A stretch of DNA of 64,000 bases from a virus. The DNA is taken from the IMG/VR virus record IMGVR_UViG_3300020430_000009; one strand, given 5' to 3'. Both the position numbers and the translations under genes were made by a program. The notes below the pieces were generated by a model. That model saw nothing but the letters and a program-made list of their open reading frames with translations, was not told where the DNA came from and did no database searches. Positions 1-9,831 of this stretch are shown here, in pieces (the first letter of the stretch is position 1; every line of letters begins with the position of its first letter).

Positions 1-990
1 GTTACGTCTACAGCGAATGGAATAGGTAACACCTTTCATAAGATATGGGAAGGAGCCATTCAAGGTGTAAATGAGTATTCTCATTTTAGAGTTGATTGGT
101 GGGATGTCCCGGGAAGAAACGAGAAGTGGAAAGAAGAAACTATAAACAATACTTCTCAAGTACAATTCGACCAAGAGTTTGGAAATACTTTCTTTGGAAC
201 TGGTAACACTTTAATAAATGCTCAAACGCTTTTAGATTTAAGAGCTAGAAAACCATTAAGAATGTTGGAAGGAGGAGATTGCTTAATATATAAAGAACCA
301 GTAAAAAAGCATGATTATATATTAGTCGCGGATGTAAGTAAGGGAAGAGGACAGGACTATTCTACTTTTTCATTAGTCGATATTAGCACAAGACCTTTTG
401 AACAGGTAGCTGTTTATCGCAACAACACTATCTCTCCATTACTCTTCCCTAATATTATATATAAGTACGCGAATGTCTACAACCAAGCTTATGCAATAGT
501 CGAGGCTAATGATCAAGGTTCAGTAGTCTGTAATGGTTTATATTATGATTTAGAATATGAAAACATGCATGTAGAATCAGCTGTAAAAGCTGGAGCTATC
601 GGTATTGAAATAAACAGAAAATCCAAAAGATTAGGTTGTTCGGCTTTAAAAGACCTTTTAGAAAATAGAAAGATCGATATCGTCGACGAAAATACTATTT
701 TAGAAATATCTACATTCGAAGCAAAAGGCCAAACGTTTGAAGCTTCTACCGGTAATAACGATGATTTAGTTATGAACTTAGTTATGTTTGGTTACTTTAT
801 TTCTTCAGCTTACTTCTCAAACATGACAGATATTAATATCAAAGAAATGATATTTAAGCAAAAACTACAAGCGATGGAAGACGATATAGTTCCCTTTGGC
901 TTTATAGACGATGGTAGCGAACAAATTAAAAAAGCTGAAAAAGACGATGATGATAGTCCATGGGCCATAGAATATGATAGAGACTTATAA
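1..990 (+). CDS. gp17: Terminase large subunit, C-terminal part (5' truncated by window)
   Basis: Frame 1 is open from base 1 (VTSTANG...DWWDVPGR...QEFGNTF); nuclease motifs ADVSKGRGQDYS and DDLVM; lies directly before gp18. Confidence 0.95.
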   Translation, partial: VTSTANGIGNTFHKIWEGAIQGVNEYSHFRVDWWDVPGRNEKWKEETINNTSQVQFDQEFGNTFFGTGNTLINAQTLLDLRARKPLRMLEGGDCLIYKEPVKKHDYILVADVSKGRGQDYSTFSLVDISTRPFEQVAVYRNNTISPLLFPNIIYKYANVYNQAYAIVEANDQGSVVCNGLYYDLEYENMHVESAVKAGAIGIEINRKSKRLGCSALKDLLENRKIDIVDENTILEISTFEAKGQTFEASTGNNDDLVMNLVMFGYFISSAYFSNMTDINIKEMIFKQKLQAMEDDIVPFGFIDDGSEQIKKAEKDDDDSPWAIEYDRDL

Positions 991-993
991 TCT

Positions 994-1001
994 TATAAAT
1001 A
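994..1001 (+). promoter_or_regulatory. T4-type late promoter
   Basis: TATAAATA upstream of the tail sheath gene. Confidence 0.8.
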
Positions 1002-1065
1002 ATGGTATATTGAAAAATCTTATTATGATAACTTATAATTAGTAACCGAAAAGAGGAAAAAGAAA

Positions 1066-2835
1066 ATGGCACTCTCTGCACCATCCGAATCACCAGCAGT
1101 TGTTGTCAAAGAAATAGATCTGACTGGCGGCGTGCCAAACGTCCAGTCGACTACAGGCGCAACTGTTATAAAATCGCGATGGGGTCCAGTAGATGAAAGA
1201 GTTTTAGTAGACAATGAGGCTACTCTTGTTGAAAAATTCGCATCACCTGACTCAGATCACGCGATTTCGCATCACAGAGCATCATTCTTCTTGAGATATT
1301 CAAGTACTTTACAGTTAGTTAGGGTTATCGACGCTAATGCAAAGAACGCCAGATCAACTACAGGCCAGTCATCCAGCGATAGCGATGGATCTCTACCTGC
1401 CGAAGTAATTAAGAATGAAGCTGACTTTAACACTCAACTATCTGCACTAGATTCAGATAGTCATACCTTTATTGGTAAATACCCAGGAGCACTTGGAAAT
1501 AGCTTACAAGTTTCTATATGTCCGCATTCTGCTAACGACTCAGCATTTTCGCAGTGGACATTTAAAGATAACTTTGATGCCGCTCCAGCAACATCCGATT
1601 TCGCTTCCGATAGAAATGCTTCAAACGACGAAGTTCACGTGGCGATTGTAGATAAAGAAGGAAAATTTACAGGAACTAAAGGCACACTCCTTGAATCTTT
1701 TGCTTTCTTATCATTAGGTTCAAACGCAAAGAAATCAGATGGAACTAATAACTTTGTAAAAGAAGTTGTAAATAGAAATTCTCAGTATGTGTGGCTTATC
1801 GATTTTGATTCAGACTTCAAATCAGCTGGAGCTGGAACATCGATAGACAGTGGCGACAATTTTACTAAGACAACTGGTACTACAAATACTGACGTCGACT
1901 ATAACTTTAGTGGTGGAGTCGATGTTGCCTCTCTTACAACTGGAAATATCTTAGCTGGTTATGATCTTTTCGAAGATAAAGACCAAGTTGAGATCGACTT
2001 CTTGATTGCACCAGCGATGGTATCAAGAGCTGATCAAACTACAGTTGTTAACGATCTTGTAAGCACTGCAGCTTCTACTAGAAAAGACTGTGTAGTTGTT
2101 ACATCTCCAGCTAGAAGTGATGTAGTTAATGTTACTTCAGCTTCTACAGCTGTAACAAATACTATAGCAACTGCAGATACGTTTACAAAGTCATCGTATC
2201 TATTCATGGATAATAACTATTTGAAAGTCTATGACAAGTTCAACGACCAATTTATTGATATTCCTGCTTCATCTTCTACTGCAGGTATCATGGCAGCGAC
2301 TGACTTAAACAGAGCTCCATGGTTCTCTCCAGCAGGTTCTAGAAGAGGACAGTATTTTGGAATCACTTCTTTGGCTTATACACCTACTAAGTCACAGAGA
2401 GATCAGCTTTACAGAGCTGGTGTGAATCCAATTGCTAATATCCCAGGAGCCGGAGTCATCTTGTTTGGCGATAAGACTAAACTCGCGAGACCTTCTGCAT
2501 TCGATAGAATCAACGTAAGAAGATTATTCTTAGTACTTGAAAGAGCTATCGCAAGAGCAGCAGAGCAAGTTCTCTTTGAATTCAACGATGAATTTACGAG
2601 AGCTGAGTTTGTCAATATTGTTGAGCCGGTGCTTAGAGAAGTAAAAGGTAGACGTGGAATCACGGACTTCAGAGTTGTAGCCGATGAGACTAACAACACT
2701 CCTGAAGTAATTGATAGAAACGAGTTTATCGCAAGTATCTTCATCAAACCGGCAAGATCAATCAACTTCGTCACACTGAACTTTGTGGCCGTAAGAACTG
2801 GCGTCGACTTCGAAGAAGTCGTTGGAACGGTTTAA
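1066..2835 (+). CDS. gp18: Tail sheath protein
   Basis: SPAVVVKEID start, WGPVDE, PWFSPAGSRRG, RINVRRLF, FIKPARSINFVTLNF. Confidence 0.97.
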   Translation: MALSAPSESPAVVVKEIDLTGGVPNVQSTTGATVIKSRWGPVDERVLVDNEATLVEKFASPDSDHAISHHRASFFLRYSSTLQLVRVIDANAKNARSTTGQSSSDSDGSLPAEVIKNEADFNTQLSALDSDSHTFIGKYPGALGNSLQVSICPHSANDSAFSQWTFKDNFDAAPATSDFASDRNASNDEVHVAIVDKEGKFTGTKGTLLESFAFLSLGSNAKKSDGTNNFVKEVVNRNSQYVWLIDFDSDFKSAGAGTSIDSGDNFTKTTGTTNTDVDYNFSGGVDVASLTTGNILAGYDLFEDKDQVEIDFLIAPAMVSRADQTTVVNDLVSTAASTRKDCVVVTSPARSDVVNVTSASTAVTNTIATADTFTKSSYLFMDNNYLKVYDKFNDQFIDIPASSSTAGIMAATDLNRAPWFSPAGSRRGQYFGITSLAYTPTKSQRDQLYRAGVNPIANIPGAGVILFGDKTKLARPSAFDRINVRRLFLVLERAIARAAEQVLFEFNDEFTRAEFVNIVEPVLREVKGRRGITDFRVVADETNNTPEVIDRNEFIASIFIKPARSINFVTLNFVAVRTGVDFEEVVGTV

Positions 2836-2846
2836 GGAGGTAGACA

Positions 2847-3374
2847 ATGGCAGTACTAGGCGTAGATGATTTTAAATCAAAGCTAAGAGGCGGCGGGGCT
2901 AGACCTAACCTCTTCAAAGCAACAATTAACTTCCCCGGCTATGCCGATGGTGATCCGGAATTGACGTCTTTCCTATGTGAAACCGCTCAATTACCAGGGT
3001 CAACACTTGGGCAAATTGTAGTTCCTTTTAGAGGAAGACAGCTCAAGATGGCCGGTGATAGAACTTTCGATGTGTGGACTGTAACTATCATCAATGATAC
3101 AGATTTTGCTATCAGAAACTCAATGGAAAGATGGATGAACGGTATGAATGCTCACTCAGCAAATACTGGTCTTACTTCTCCTGTTGCGTACGAAGCTGAT
3201 CTGTTAGTTGAGCAACTTGATAGGTCAGGCGACGTACTTAAGAAGTATACCTTTAGAGGATCATATCCACAGGATATGTCAGCTATCGATCTTGCATACG
3301 CAACTAATGACGAGATCGAAAGGTTTACTGTAACGTTTGCCTATCAGTACTACGAGACAGACACCACGAGCTAA
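2847..3374 (+). CDS. gp19: Tail tube protein
   Basis: GGARPNLF, VPFRGRQLKMAGDRTFDVWTVTIIND, IERFTVTFAYQY; T4 synteny. Confidence 0.97.
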   Translation: MAVLGVDDFKSKLRGGGARPNLFKATINFPGYADGDPELTSFLCETAQLPGSTLGQIVVPFRGRQLKMAGDRTFDVWTVTIINDTDFAIRNSMERWMNGMNAHSANTGLTSPVAYEADLLVEQLDRSGDVLKKYTFRGSYPQDMSAIDLAYATNDEIERFTVTFAYQYYETDTTS

Positions 3375-3384
3375 ATGATAAATA

Positions 3385-3411
3385 CTAGGAGGGCAGAAAC
3401 AGCCCTCCTAG
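3385..3411 (+). terminator. GC-rich intergenic hairpin between gp19 and gp20 (terminator or processing stem)
   Basis: CTAGGAGGGC-agaaaca-GCCCTCCTAG perfect stem; U-tract is weak. Confidence 0.45.
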
Positions 3412-3428
3412 ATTTAAAAGGAATTACA

Positions 3429-4919
3429 ATGGCAGACAGTTTTAAATTATTTGGTTTTGAAATAAGTCGTGTAAAACCCGGCAAGAATATGAAATCTATC
3501 GTTCCACCTACGGACGATGATGGAGCCGGTTATGTGTCATCTAAAGTTGGTGGTGGCCACTATGGTACGTACATCAATATGGATGGAGACGATTCCAAAG
3601 ATAACGCTCAACTTATACTTAAGTATAGAGGAAGTGCGATGCATCCAGAAGCTGATGCAGCTATCGAAGACATCGTTAATGAAGCAATCACGGCTAGCGA
3701 CAAAAAGCCAGCACTTGCACTTAACTTAGATTTAGTTCCAGTTAGCGCGAGTATAAAGAAACAAATTACAGAAGAATTTGAAAAAATTTATAATATGCTT
3801 AACTTTAAAGAGTTAGGTCATGACATTTTTAGAAGATGGTATGTTGATGGAAGAATATATCATCACTTAGTTGCAGATGAAAATAACTTGAATGCAGGTA
3901 TTCAAGAAATTAGATATGTAGACACTGCAAAAATTAGAAAAGTTAAACAAGTAAAACATAAGAAAGATCCTGTAACAGGAGCTAAGATAGTTGAGAAAGT
4001 AGATGAATTTTATATCTACCAAGAAAAGCCAGGGAATCAAACCGCTGGAATAAAACTTACGGCCGATTCTGTAAGTTATTGTACTTCTGGTTTGATGGAC
4101 GAACATAGAAAGAAAGTTATTTCGTACTTACACAAAGCTTTAAAGCCAATAACTCAACTAAGAATGATGGAAGACTCTTTAGTTATTTACAGGCTAGCAA
4201 GAGCTCCAGAAAGAAGAATGTTTTACATAGATGTTGGTAACTTACCAAGAGGTAAGGCCGAACAATACATGAAAGATATTATGGCAAAGTACAGAAATAA
4301 ATTAGTGTACGATGCCAAGACCGGCGAGATACGTGACGATAGAAAACATATGTCGATGCTGGAAGATTTTTGGTTACCAAGAAGAGAGGGAGGCCGTGGT
4401 ACTGAGATTACCACATTACCAGGGGGAGAGAACCTAGGACAGATCGAAGACGTAATATATTTTCAAAAGAGGTTGTACAGGTCACTAAATGTTCCAATGA
4501 ACAGGCTTGAACAAGAACAACAATTTTCTCTTGGAAGAGCGACTGAGATAAGTAGAGATGAATTAAAGTTTCAAAAGTTTATCGATAGAATAAGAAACAG
4601 ATTTGCTAATCTTTTCTATGATATTCTTAAGAAACAGTTAATCATGAAGTCTATTATTACTGAAGAAGATTGGCAACAGTGGAATAATAAACTAAATGTA
4701 GACTTTTTGAGAGATAATCATTTCGCGGAATTAAAAGAAGCCGAACTTCTTAGAGAAAAGATACAAACTTTAGACCAAATTTCGCAATATGTAGGTGATT
4801 ATTTCTCCAAAGAGTATGTTCAAAAGCATGTATTAATGCTTGACGACGATCAAATTGATAAAATGGAAAAAGAAATAGCAGCAGCGCAACAACAAGATGA
4901 CGATCAAGGAGCAGTATAA
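3429..4919 (+). CDS. gp20: Portal vertex protein
   Basis: MADSFKLFGFEI, WYVDGRIY, YRLARAPERRMFYIDVGNLP, EDFWLPRREGGRGTEITTLPGG; start moved to ATG 3429. Confidence 0.97.
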   Translation: MADSFKLFGFEISRVKPGKNMKSIVPPTDDDGAGYVSSKVGGGHYGTYINMDGDDSKDNAQLILKYRGSAMHPEADAAIEDIVNEAITASDKKPALALNLDLVPVSASIKKQITEEFEKIYNMLNFKELGHDIFRRWYVDGRIYHHLVADENNLNAGIQEIRYVDTAKIRKVKQVKHKKDPVTGAKIVEKVDEFYIYQEKPGNQTAGIKLTADSVSYCTSGLMDEHRKKVISYLHKALKPITQLRMMEDSLVIYRLARAPERRMFYIDVGNLPRGKAEQYMKDIMAKYRNKLVYDAKTGEIRDDRKHMSMLEDFWLPRREGGRGTEITTLPGGENLGQIEDVIYFQKRLYRSLNVPMNRLEQEQQFSLGRATEISRDELKFQKFIDRIRNRFANLFYDILKKQLIMKSIITEEDWQQWNNKLNVDFLRDNHFAELKEAELLREKIQTLDQISQYVGDYFSKEYVQKHVLMLDDDQIDKMEKEIAAAQQQDDDQGAV

Positions 4920-5314
4920 TGAATGATGCAACAGCTAAAGTTGAAAACGAACAAGAAGTTAATCCAATTGAAGATCTGGTGAAAGCTTCTATGGCTCAGG
5001 ACTTTAATAAAGCCGGAGCTATTTTTGGAGAAGTCATGACAATTAAACTTAATGACATACTCGATCAAGAAAAAACAAGATTGGCAGGTCAAATCTATAA
5101 TGGAGAAGAAGAACCAGAAGAGCCAGAGCTCGATCTTGACGGCGATGAAGAAGACGATGAAGATCTTCAAGGCGCCGAAGATGACGGTGACTCAGGCGAC
5201 ACAGATGAAGAGGATGAGGTTGAAGCTGGATCCGAAGAAGAGTCCGATAGTGATGACGAACTCGAAGTGGGAGACGAAGAACTGGACGGACAAGAAGGGG
5301 AACGTGAAGAGTAA
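4919..5314 (+). CDS. Acidic prohead core protein (gp67-like)
   Basis: Very D/E-rich small ORF between portal and protease, the position of T4 gp67. Confidence 0.6.
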   Translation: MNDATAKVENEQEVNPIEDLVKASMAQDFNKAGAIFGEVMTIKLNDILDQEKTRLAGQIYNGEEEPEEPELDLDGDEEDDEDLQGAEDDGDSGDTDEEDEVEAGSEEESDSDDELEVGDEELDGQEGEREE

Positions 5315-5351
5315 ACAGGTTCTTGTTGATCTAAGTAGAAAACCTTAAAAG

Positions 5352-5359
5352 TATAAATA
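5352..5359 (+). promoter_or_regulatory. T4-type late promoter
   Basis: TATAAATA 12 nt before ORF 5371. Confidence 0.8.
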
Positions 5360-5370
5360 AAGGTAATGGA

Positions 5371-5589
5371 ATGAAAACTTTTTTACATTTGAGAGAACTA
5401 GCTGGTAGAAAACCAGAGGGTAAGGAAGTATATAATAAGAAGATTGGCAGAGTTACTGTCAAAATTCATAAGGAACGAAATGGATTTGTTGCTTATGTTG
5501 ATGGTGATAGACTCGATGTATACCGTTCTCAAAGCGAAGCTGAAAAGGCGTCAAAAGAGTTTTTAAAACAATACAGAAGAATGAAGTAG
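5371..5589 (+). CDS. Small basic prohead core/internal protein (gp68 position)
   Basis: Synteny; N-terminus MKTFLHLRE resembles the T4 capsid-targeting sequence. Confidence 0.5.
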   Translation: MKTFLHLRELAGRKPEGKEVYNKKIGRVTVKIHKERNGFVAYVDGDRLDVYRSQSEAEKASKEFLKQYRRMK

Positions 5590-5597
5590 GAAATAAC

Positions 5598-6257
5598 ATG
5601 AAGCTTATATCAGAATATACCGAAAGCGATTTAGAATACATAGTTGAAGCCGACGAAAAGACCGGCAAAAAGAACTATAAGATTCAAGGTATCTTCGCTC
5701 AAGCTAATGTAAAGAATCGAAACGGTCGTATATATCCAAAGCCTATCATGGAGAAAGCTCTTGGTAGGTACATTGATACTCAGGTTTCCAAAGGCAGAGC
5801 CGTTGGAGAATTAAACCACCCTGAAGGTCCGACCGTTAATTTAGATAGGGTTTCCCACAAGATTGAAAGTCTAGAAATGGACGGTGACAATGTTGTGGGC
5901 AAGGCATCGATATTAGAAACTCCCATGGGGCAGGTTGTAAAAGGGCTGCTTGACGGTAAAGTTAATTTCGGTGTTTCGACTCGTGGTATGGGAAGTTTGA
6001 AGCAAAATGGTAACACCATGGTCGTTAATGACGATTATCTCTTAAACGCGATTGATATCGTGCAAGATCCATCAGCACCTAGTGCTTTCGTTAATGGAAT
6101 AATGGAAGGAGTTGAATGGGTCTGGAATAACGGAATTATCGAAGCTCGAACAATTGAACAAATGGAGACTGAAATTAAGAAAGCTCCACGTGCTGATCTC
6201 TATGAGACTCAGGTTCGTGAGTTTAAAAATTTCCTCTCGTTACTTAAATCAAAATAA
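5598..6257 (+). CDS. gp21: Prohead core protease
   Basis: MKLISE, KNRNGRIYP, ALGELNHP-like AVGELNHP, GVSTRGMGS, DIVQDPSAP. Confidence 0.97.
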   Translation: MKLISEYTESDLEYIVEADEKTGKKNYKIQGIFAQANVKNRNGRIYPKPIMEKALGRYIDTQVSKGRAVGELNHPEGPTVNLDRVSHKIESLEMDGDNVVGKASILETPMGQVVKGLLDGKVNFGVSTRGMGSLKQNGNTMVVNDDYLLNAIDIVQDPSAPSAFVNGIMEGVEWVWNNGIIEARTIEQMETEIKKAPRADLYETQVREFKNFLSLLKSK

Positions 6258-6268
6258 GGAGTCAAAAA

Positions 6269-7348
6269 ATGACTGATGAAAATCAAATCGAAGATCAGGA
6301 TGTTGAACTCCAAGAAGACGATGAGGAAATCTTGGAAATGAAACACGATCCTAAGAATGCTGAAGCCCAATCAGTCGCAAGTGTAGACAAGGCTGGTGAC
6401 GCAACTGGTACTGCAGGTGGTCGTAAGATGGCCGGTGGAACAGCTGCTGATAGCACCAAAAAAGATCCAATGCCTAAGTTAACTAAATCAGGCATGATTA
6501 ACGCGATGTATCAAAAGATGAACAAAGCCAAAAAAGGCGCAGTTGAAGCTATGTACTCGCAAGTCATGAAAGATCACGTCGAGAATGAGGAAGATGCAAT
6601 CATTGAAGATAAGCCTTCAATCGATTACAAAGCCGATTTCAAAGATGATCTTAAAGCATTGGTGTCTGAAGAAGCTACACTTTCAGACGATTTTAAGGCA
6701 AAGGCAGAAACTATCTTTGAAGCCGCAATTCAATCAAAGCTTTCAGACGAGGTTGATAGGCTAGAAGAAAAGTACAATGAGGAATTAGCTGCAGAAATCG
6801 ATCAGACAAAAGCAGACCTCGTAGAGAAAGTAGACAGCTATTTAAACTACGTAGTTGAAAACTGGATGTCAGAAAACAAGTTGGCAATTCAAAATGGTCT
6901 AAGAACCGAGATTGCAGAAGACTTTATGAATAAGTTGAAAGACCTATTTACAGAGTCATACATCGAGGTACCAGAAGGAAAAACCGATCTTGTTGACGAA
7001 CTTGCCGGGACAGTTGACGATCTAGAGCAAAAGCTCAATGACACAACTGGTCAAGCAATCGCAATGGCCGAAGAATTGGAAGGTTATAAACGCGAAGCGG
7101 TTATCCGTGAAGCATCAAAAGACCTAGCCGAGACTCAGGTTGAAAAGCTTAAAGGCTTAGTAGAGAATATTGATTTTGAAGATGAAGAGACTTTCGCTAA
7201 GAAAGTAGCAACAGTCAAAGAATCATACTTTACTAAAGCTGCAAATACTGCTAGCGGTGAAGCTGAAGCAGAAGATGGTCCAATTGTGGAAACATCTGAC
7301 TCTATGGCATCATACCTTAGCGCAATTAAGAAAACTGCTAACAAATAA
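6269..7348 (+). CDS. gp22: Prohead core scaffold protein
   Basis: Acidic coiled coil with KAETIFEAA, VDSYLNYVVENW, FTESYIEVPE; between gp21 and gp23. Confidence 0.95.
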   Translation: MTDENQIEDQDVELQEDDEEILEMKHDPKNAEAQSVASVDKAGDATGTAGGRKMAGGTAADSTKKDPMPKLTKSGMINAMYQKMNKAKKGAVEAMYSQVMKDHVENEEDAIIEDKPSIDYKADFKDDLKALVSEEATLSDDFKAKAETIFEAAIQSKLSDEVDRLEEKYNEELAAEIDQTKADLVEKVDSYLNYVVENWMSENKLAIQNGLRTEIAEDFMNKLKDLFTESYIEVPEGKTDLVDELAGTVDDLEQKLNDTTGQAIAMAEELEGYKREAVIREASKDLAETQVEKLKGLVENIDFEDEETFAKKVATVKESYFTKAANTASGEAEAEDGPIVETSDSMASYLSAIKKTANK

Positions 7349-7362
7349 CGGGAGCACTAGCT

Positions 7363-8703
7363 ATGCAAAATACAGCATCATACGATAAGTTGATCGAAAA
7401 GTGGTCTCCAGTATTGAACGAAGAGTCAGCTGGTAAGATTACAGATCATCATAAAAAAGCCGTAACTGCAGCAATTCTCGAAAACCAAGAAATCGCCCTT
7501 AGAGAAGAAGGTATGATTTCAGAGAATGCAGGAGTTCCGACTAACTCTACCGCGAGTACTGCTAACTGGAACCCGGTCTTGATCGCACTCGTAAGACGTG
7601 CAATGCCAAACTTGATGGCATACGATGTCTGCGGCGTGCAGCCAATGTCCGGTCCAACAGGCTTGATCTTCGCAATGAAGTCAAGATATAACGCGGCAAA
7701 TACTTCAGCAAAAGAAGCATTGTTTAACGAAGCTGAAACTCAATTCTCAGGTGACAGCGCCGGAACACACGATTCCGATAATGCTTCAGGCTTAAATGGC
7801 ATTACTGATACAGATAGTGACTCAACTATCGACGATCAGAGACTGACTAATATCTTCGCAGGTGGTATGTCAACTGCAGACGGAGAGGCACTTGGAGTAA
7901 CCGGTGGTTCAGACTTCCATCAAATGGGATTCACCATCGAAAAAGCAACTGTTACTGCTAAGTCAAGAGCGCTTAAAGCAGAATACAGCTTGGAATTGGC
8001 TCAAGACCTTAAAGCAATTCATGGTCTAGACGCTGAGACTGAGTTGGCAAATATTCTGTCAACAGAGATCTTGGCTGAAATTAATAGAGAAGTTATTAGA
8101 ACTATTAACTCTCAAGCTAAGACAGGCGCACTTCAAGCTAACACTGCTATTAACGGTATCTTCAACGTTCAGACAGACGCCGATGGTAGATGGTCAGTTG
8201 AGAAGTTTAAAGGTTTGATTCTTCAAATTGAAAGAGAGTCAAACGTAATTGCTAAAGAGACACGTAGAGGTAAAGGTAACTTTATGATCTGCTCATCTGA
8301 CGTAGCATCTGCACTAGCCGCAGCTGGCATGCTCGATTACACTCCAGCATTGTCAACTAACTTGAATGTAGATGACACAGGTAATACTTTTGCCGGTGTA
8401 ATGAACGGCAGAATGAGAGTCTACATCGACCCGTACGCTTCAGTGGACTACGTAAACGTAGGCTATAAGGGTACAAATCCATACGATGCAGGTGTCTTCT
8501 ATTGTCCATACGTACCATTGACAATGGTAAGAGCAGTTGGTGAGAACACATTCCAGCCAAAAATCGGGTTTAAAACCAGATATGGAATGGTATCAAACCC
8601 ATTCGTCGATACAGCTTCTATGTCTGGAAGAGACGGATTAGCTGCTGTTAAAACTAATCAGTACTACAGAATTTTCAGAGTTGATAATATTCTTGGTGCA
8701 TAA
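7363..8703 (+). CDS. gp23: Major capsid protein
   Basis: LIEKWSPVL, VRRAMPNLMAYDVCGVQPMSGPTGLIFAM, LKAEYSLELAQDLKAIHGLDAE, FQPKIGFKTRYG. Confidence 0.99.
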   Translation: MQNTASYDKLIEKWSPVLNEESAGKITDHHKKAVTAAILENQEIALREEGMISENAGVPTNSTASTANWNPVLIALVRRAMPNLMAYDVCGVQPMSGPTGLIFAMKSRYNAANTSAKEALFNEAETQFSGDSAGTHDSDNASGLNGITDTDSDSTIDDQRLTNIFAGGMSTADGEALGVTGGSDFHQMGFTIEKATVTAKSRALKAEYSLELAQDLKAIHGLDAETELANILSTEILAEINREVIRTINSQAKTGALQANTAINGIFNVQTDADGRWSVEKFKGLILQIERESNVIAKETRRGKGNFMICSSDVASALAAAGMLDYTPALSTNLNVDDTGNTFAGVMNGRMRVYIDPYASVDYVNVGYKGTNPYDAGVFYCPYVPLTMVRAVGENTFQPKIGFKTRYGMVSNPFVDTASMSGRDGLAAVKTNQYYRIFRVDNILGA

Positions 8704-8727
8704 TTAGATTTAATGCAAAAAATCACT

Positions 8728-8754
8728 GGGGTCGGTTCGCCGGCCCCTTTTTTT
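8728..8754 (+). terminator. Rho-independent terminator after gp23
   Basis: GGGGTCGG-TTCG-CCGGCCCC followed by a T7 tract. Confidence 0.9.
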
Positions 8755-8766
8755 GCTTACAAACGA

Positions 8767-8774
8767 TATAAATA
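8767..8774 (+). promoter_or_regulatory. T4-type late promoter
   Basis: TATAAATA just before the gp3 ATG at 8780. Confidence 0.8.
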
Positions 8775-8779
8775 GATAC

Positions 8780-9349
8780 ATGGCGAACCTTACAAAGAAT
8801 TTTAATTACTTACAACCTACGAATTTTAGGGCAGTAATTGACAGACAGAATTATCCAAATTTAGAGTTTTTTGTTCAAGACTTTACACACCCCGGTGTAA
8901 TCATGAATCCAGTTGAGATGAGCTACAAGAAGATAGCTTCTGTACCTTTTATTGGTGATAAGTTAACATATAACGAATTGTTAATAAATATTATATTAGA
9001 TGAAGACATGAAGTCATACACTGAAATGCATAACTGGATGAGAAGAGTTCTAGATCAGGATATGACAACTCCGATAGATAGATTTAAAGCTAAAACTGAA
9101 AAGCCTCCAGCCGAGTCAGATATAACTTTATCTATTTTATCGAGTCACAACAATCCAATAAAAAGAATTCAATACGTTAACTGCATACCGATAGCTTTAA
9201 CTGATATACAATTTGCTTCTACACAGGGAGGAGAGTCTTTTATAACATTTGGAGCTTCTTTTAGATTTACTTATTTTAATTTACTTACTAAAAATTCTAC
9301 AGGACAATTTGTAGATTCATTCGACGTTACTGGAACTGTTGGTTCTTAG
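8780..9349 (+). CDS. gp3: Tail completion/terminator protein
   Basis: NYLQPTNF, GDKLTYNEL, LDEDMKSYTEMHNWM, SDITLSILSSHNNP; position after gp23 as in marine T4-like phages. Confidence 0.85.
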   Translation: MANLTKNFNYLQPTNFRAVIDRQNYPNLEFFVQDFTHPGVIMNPVEMSYKKIASVPFIGDKLTYNELLINIILDEDMKSYTEMHNWMRRVLDQDMTTPIDRFKAKTEKPPAESDITLSILSSHNNPIKRIQYVNCIPIALTDIQFASTQGGESFITFGASFRFTYFNLLTKNSTGQFVDSFDVTGTVGS

Positions 9350-9384
9350 AACCTTATATATAATTTAAACATAATGGAAAAAAG

Positions 9385-9831
9385 ATGATTGACTTAAATA
9401 AAGTCCACGAGATGTGGCAAAAGGACAGTGTTATCGATAATCACTCATTAGATGACACTTCTAGAAACACTCCCAAATTACATTCAAAATATCTTCAAAT
9501 GTGGTCCGAAGCTAAATTGTCTCTTAAAAGAGCAGAATTCGAACAGAAGAAACTTTTAAAAGATAAGTGGCTTTACTATAATGGAAAGATGGATAGGGAA
9601 ACTTTAGAAGAAAAAGGATGGGAACCAGATCCATTTGATGGATTGAAGATACTAAAAGGCGAAATGGATTACTATTACGATAGCGATCCTGAGATACAAA
9701 AATCAGAAGAAAAAATTCAATATTGGAAAACTACTATTGATACATTAACAGAGATAATAGATAATTTAAAATGGCGGCACCAGACTATATCGAACATAAT
9801 CAAATGGAAACAATTCGAATCCGGAAACTAA
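9385..9831 (+). CDS. uvsY: Recombination mediator UvsY
   Basis: WQKDSVID, PKLHSKYL, YYNGK, LKWRHQTISNIIKWKQFESG. Confidence 0.9.
   Translation: MIDLNKVHEMWQKDSVIDNHSLDDTSRNTPKLHSKYLQMWSEAKLSLKRAEFEQKKLLKDKWLYYNGKMDRETLEEKGWEPDPFDGLKILKGEMDYYYDSDPEIQKSEEKIQYWKTTIDTLTEIIDNLKWRHQTISNIIKWKQFESGN

Noticed and set aside
5100-5300. GAx-rich repetitive stretch as a tandem repeat or array
   Set aside because: It is low-complexity Asp/Glu coding sequence of the prohead core protein.
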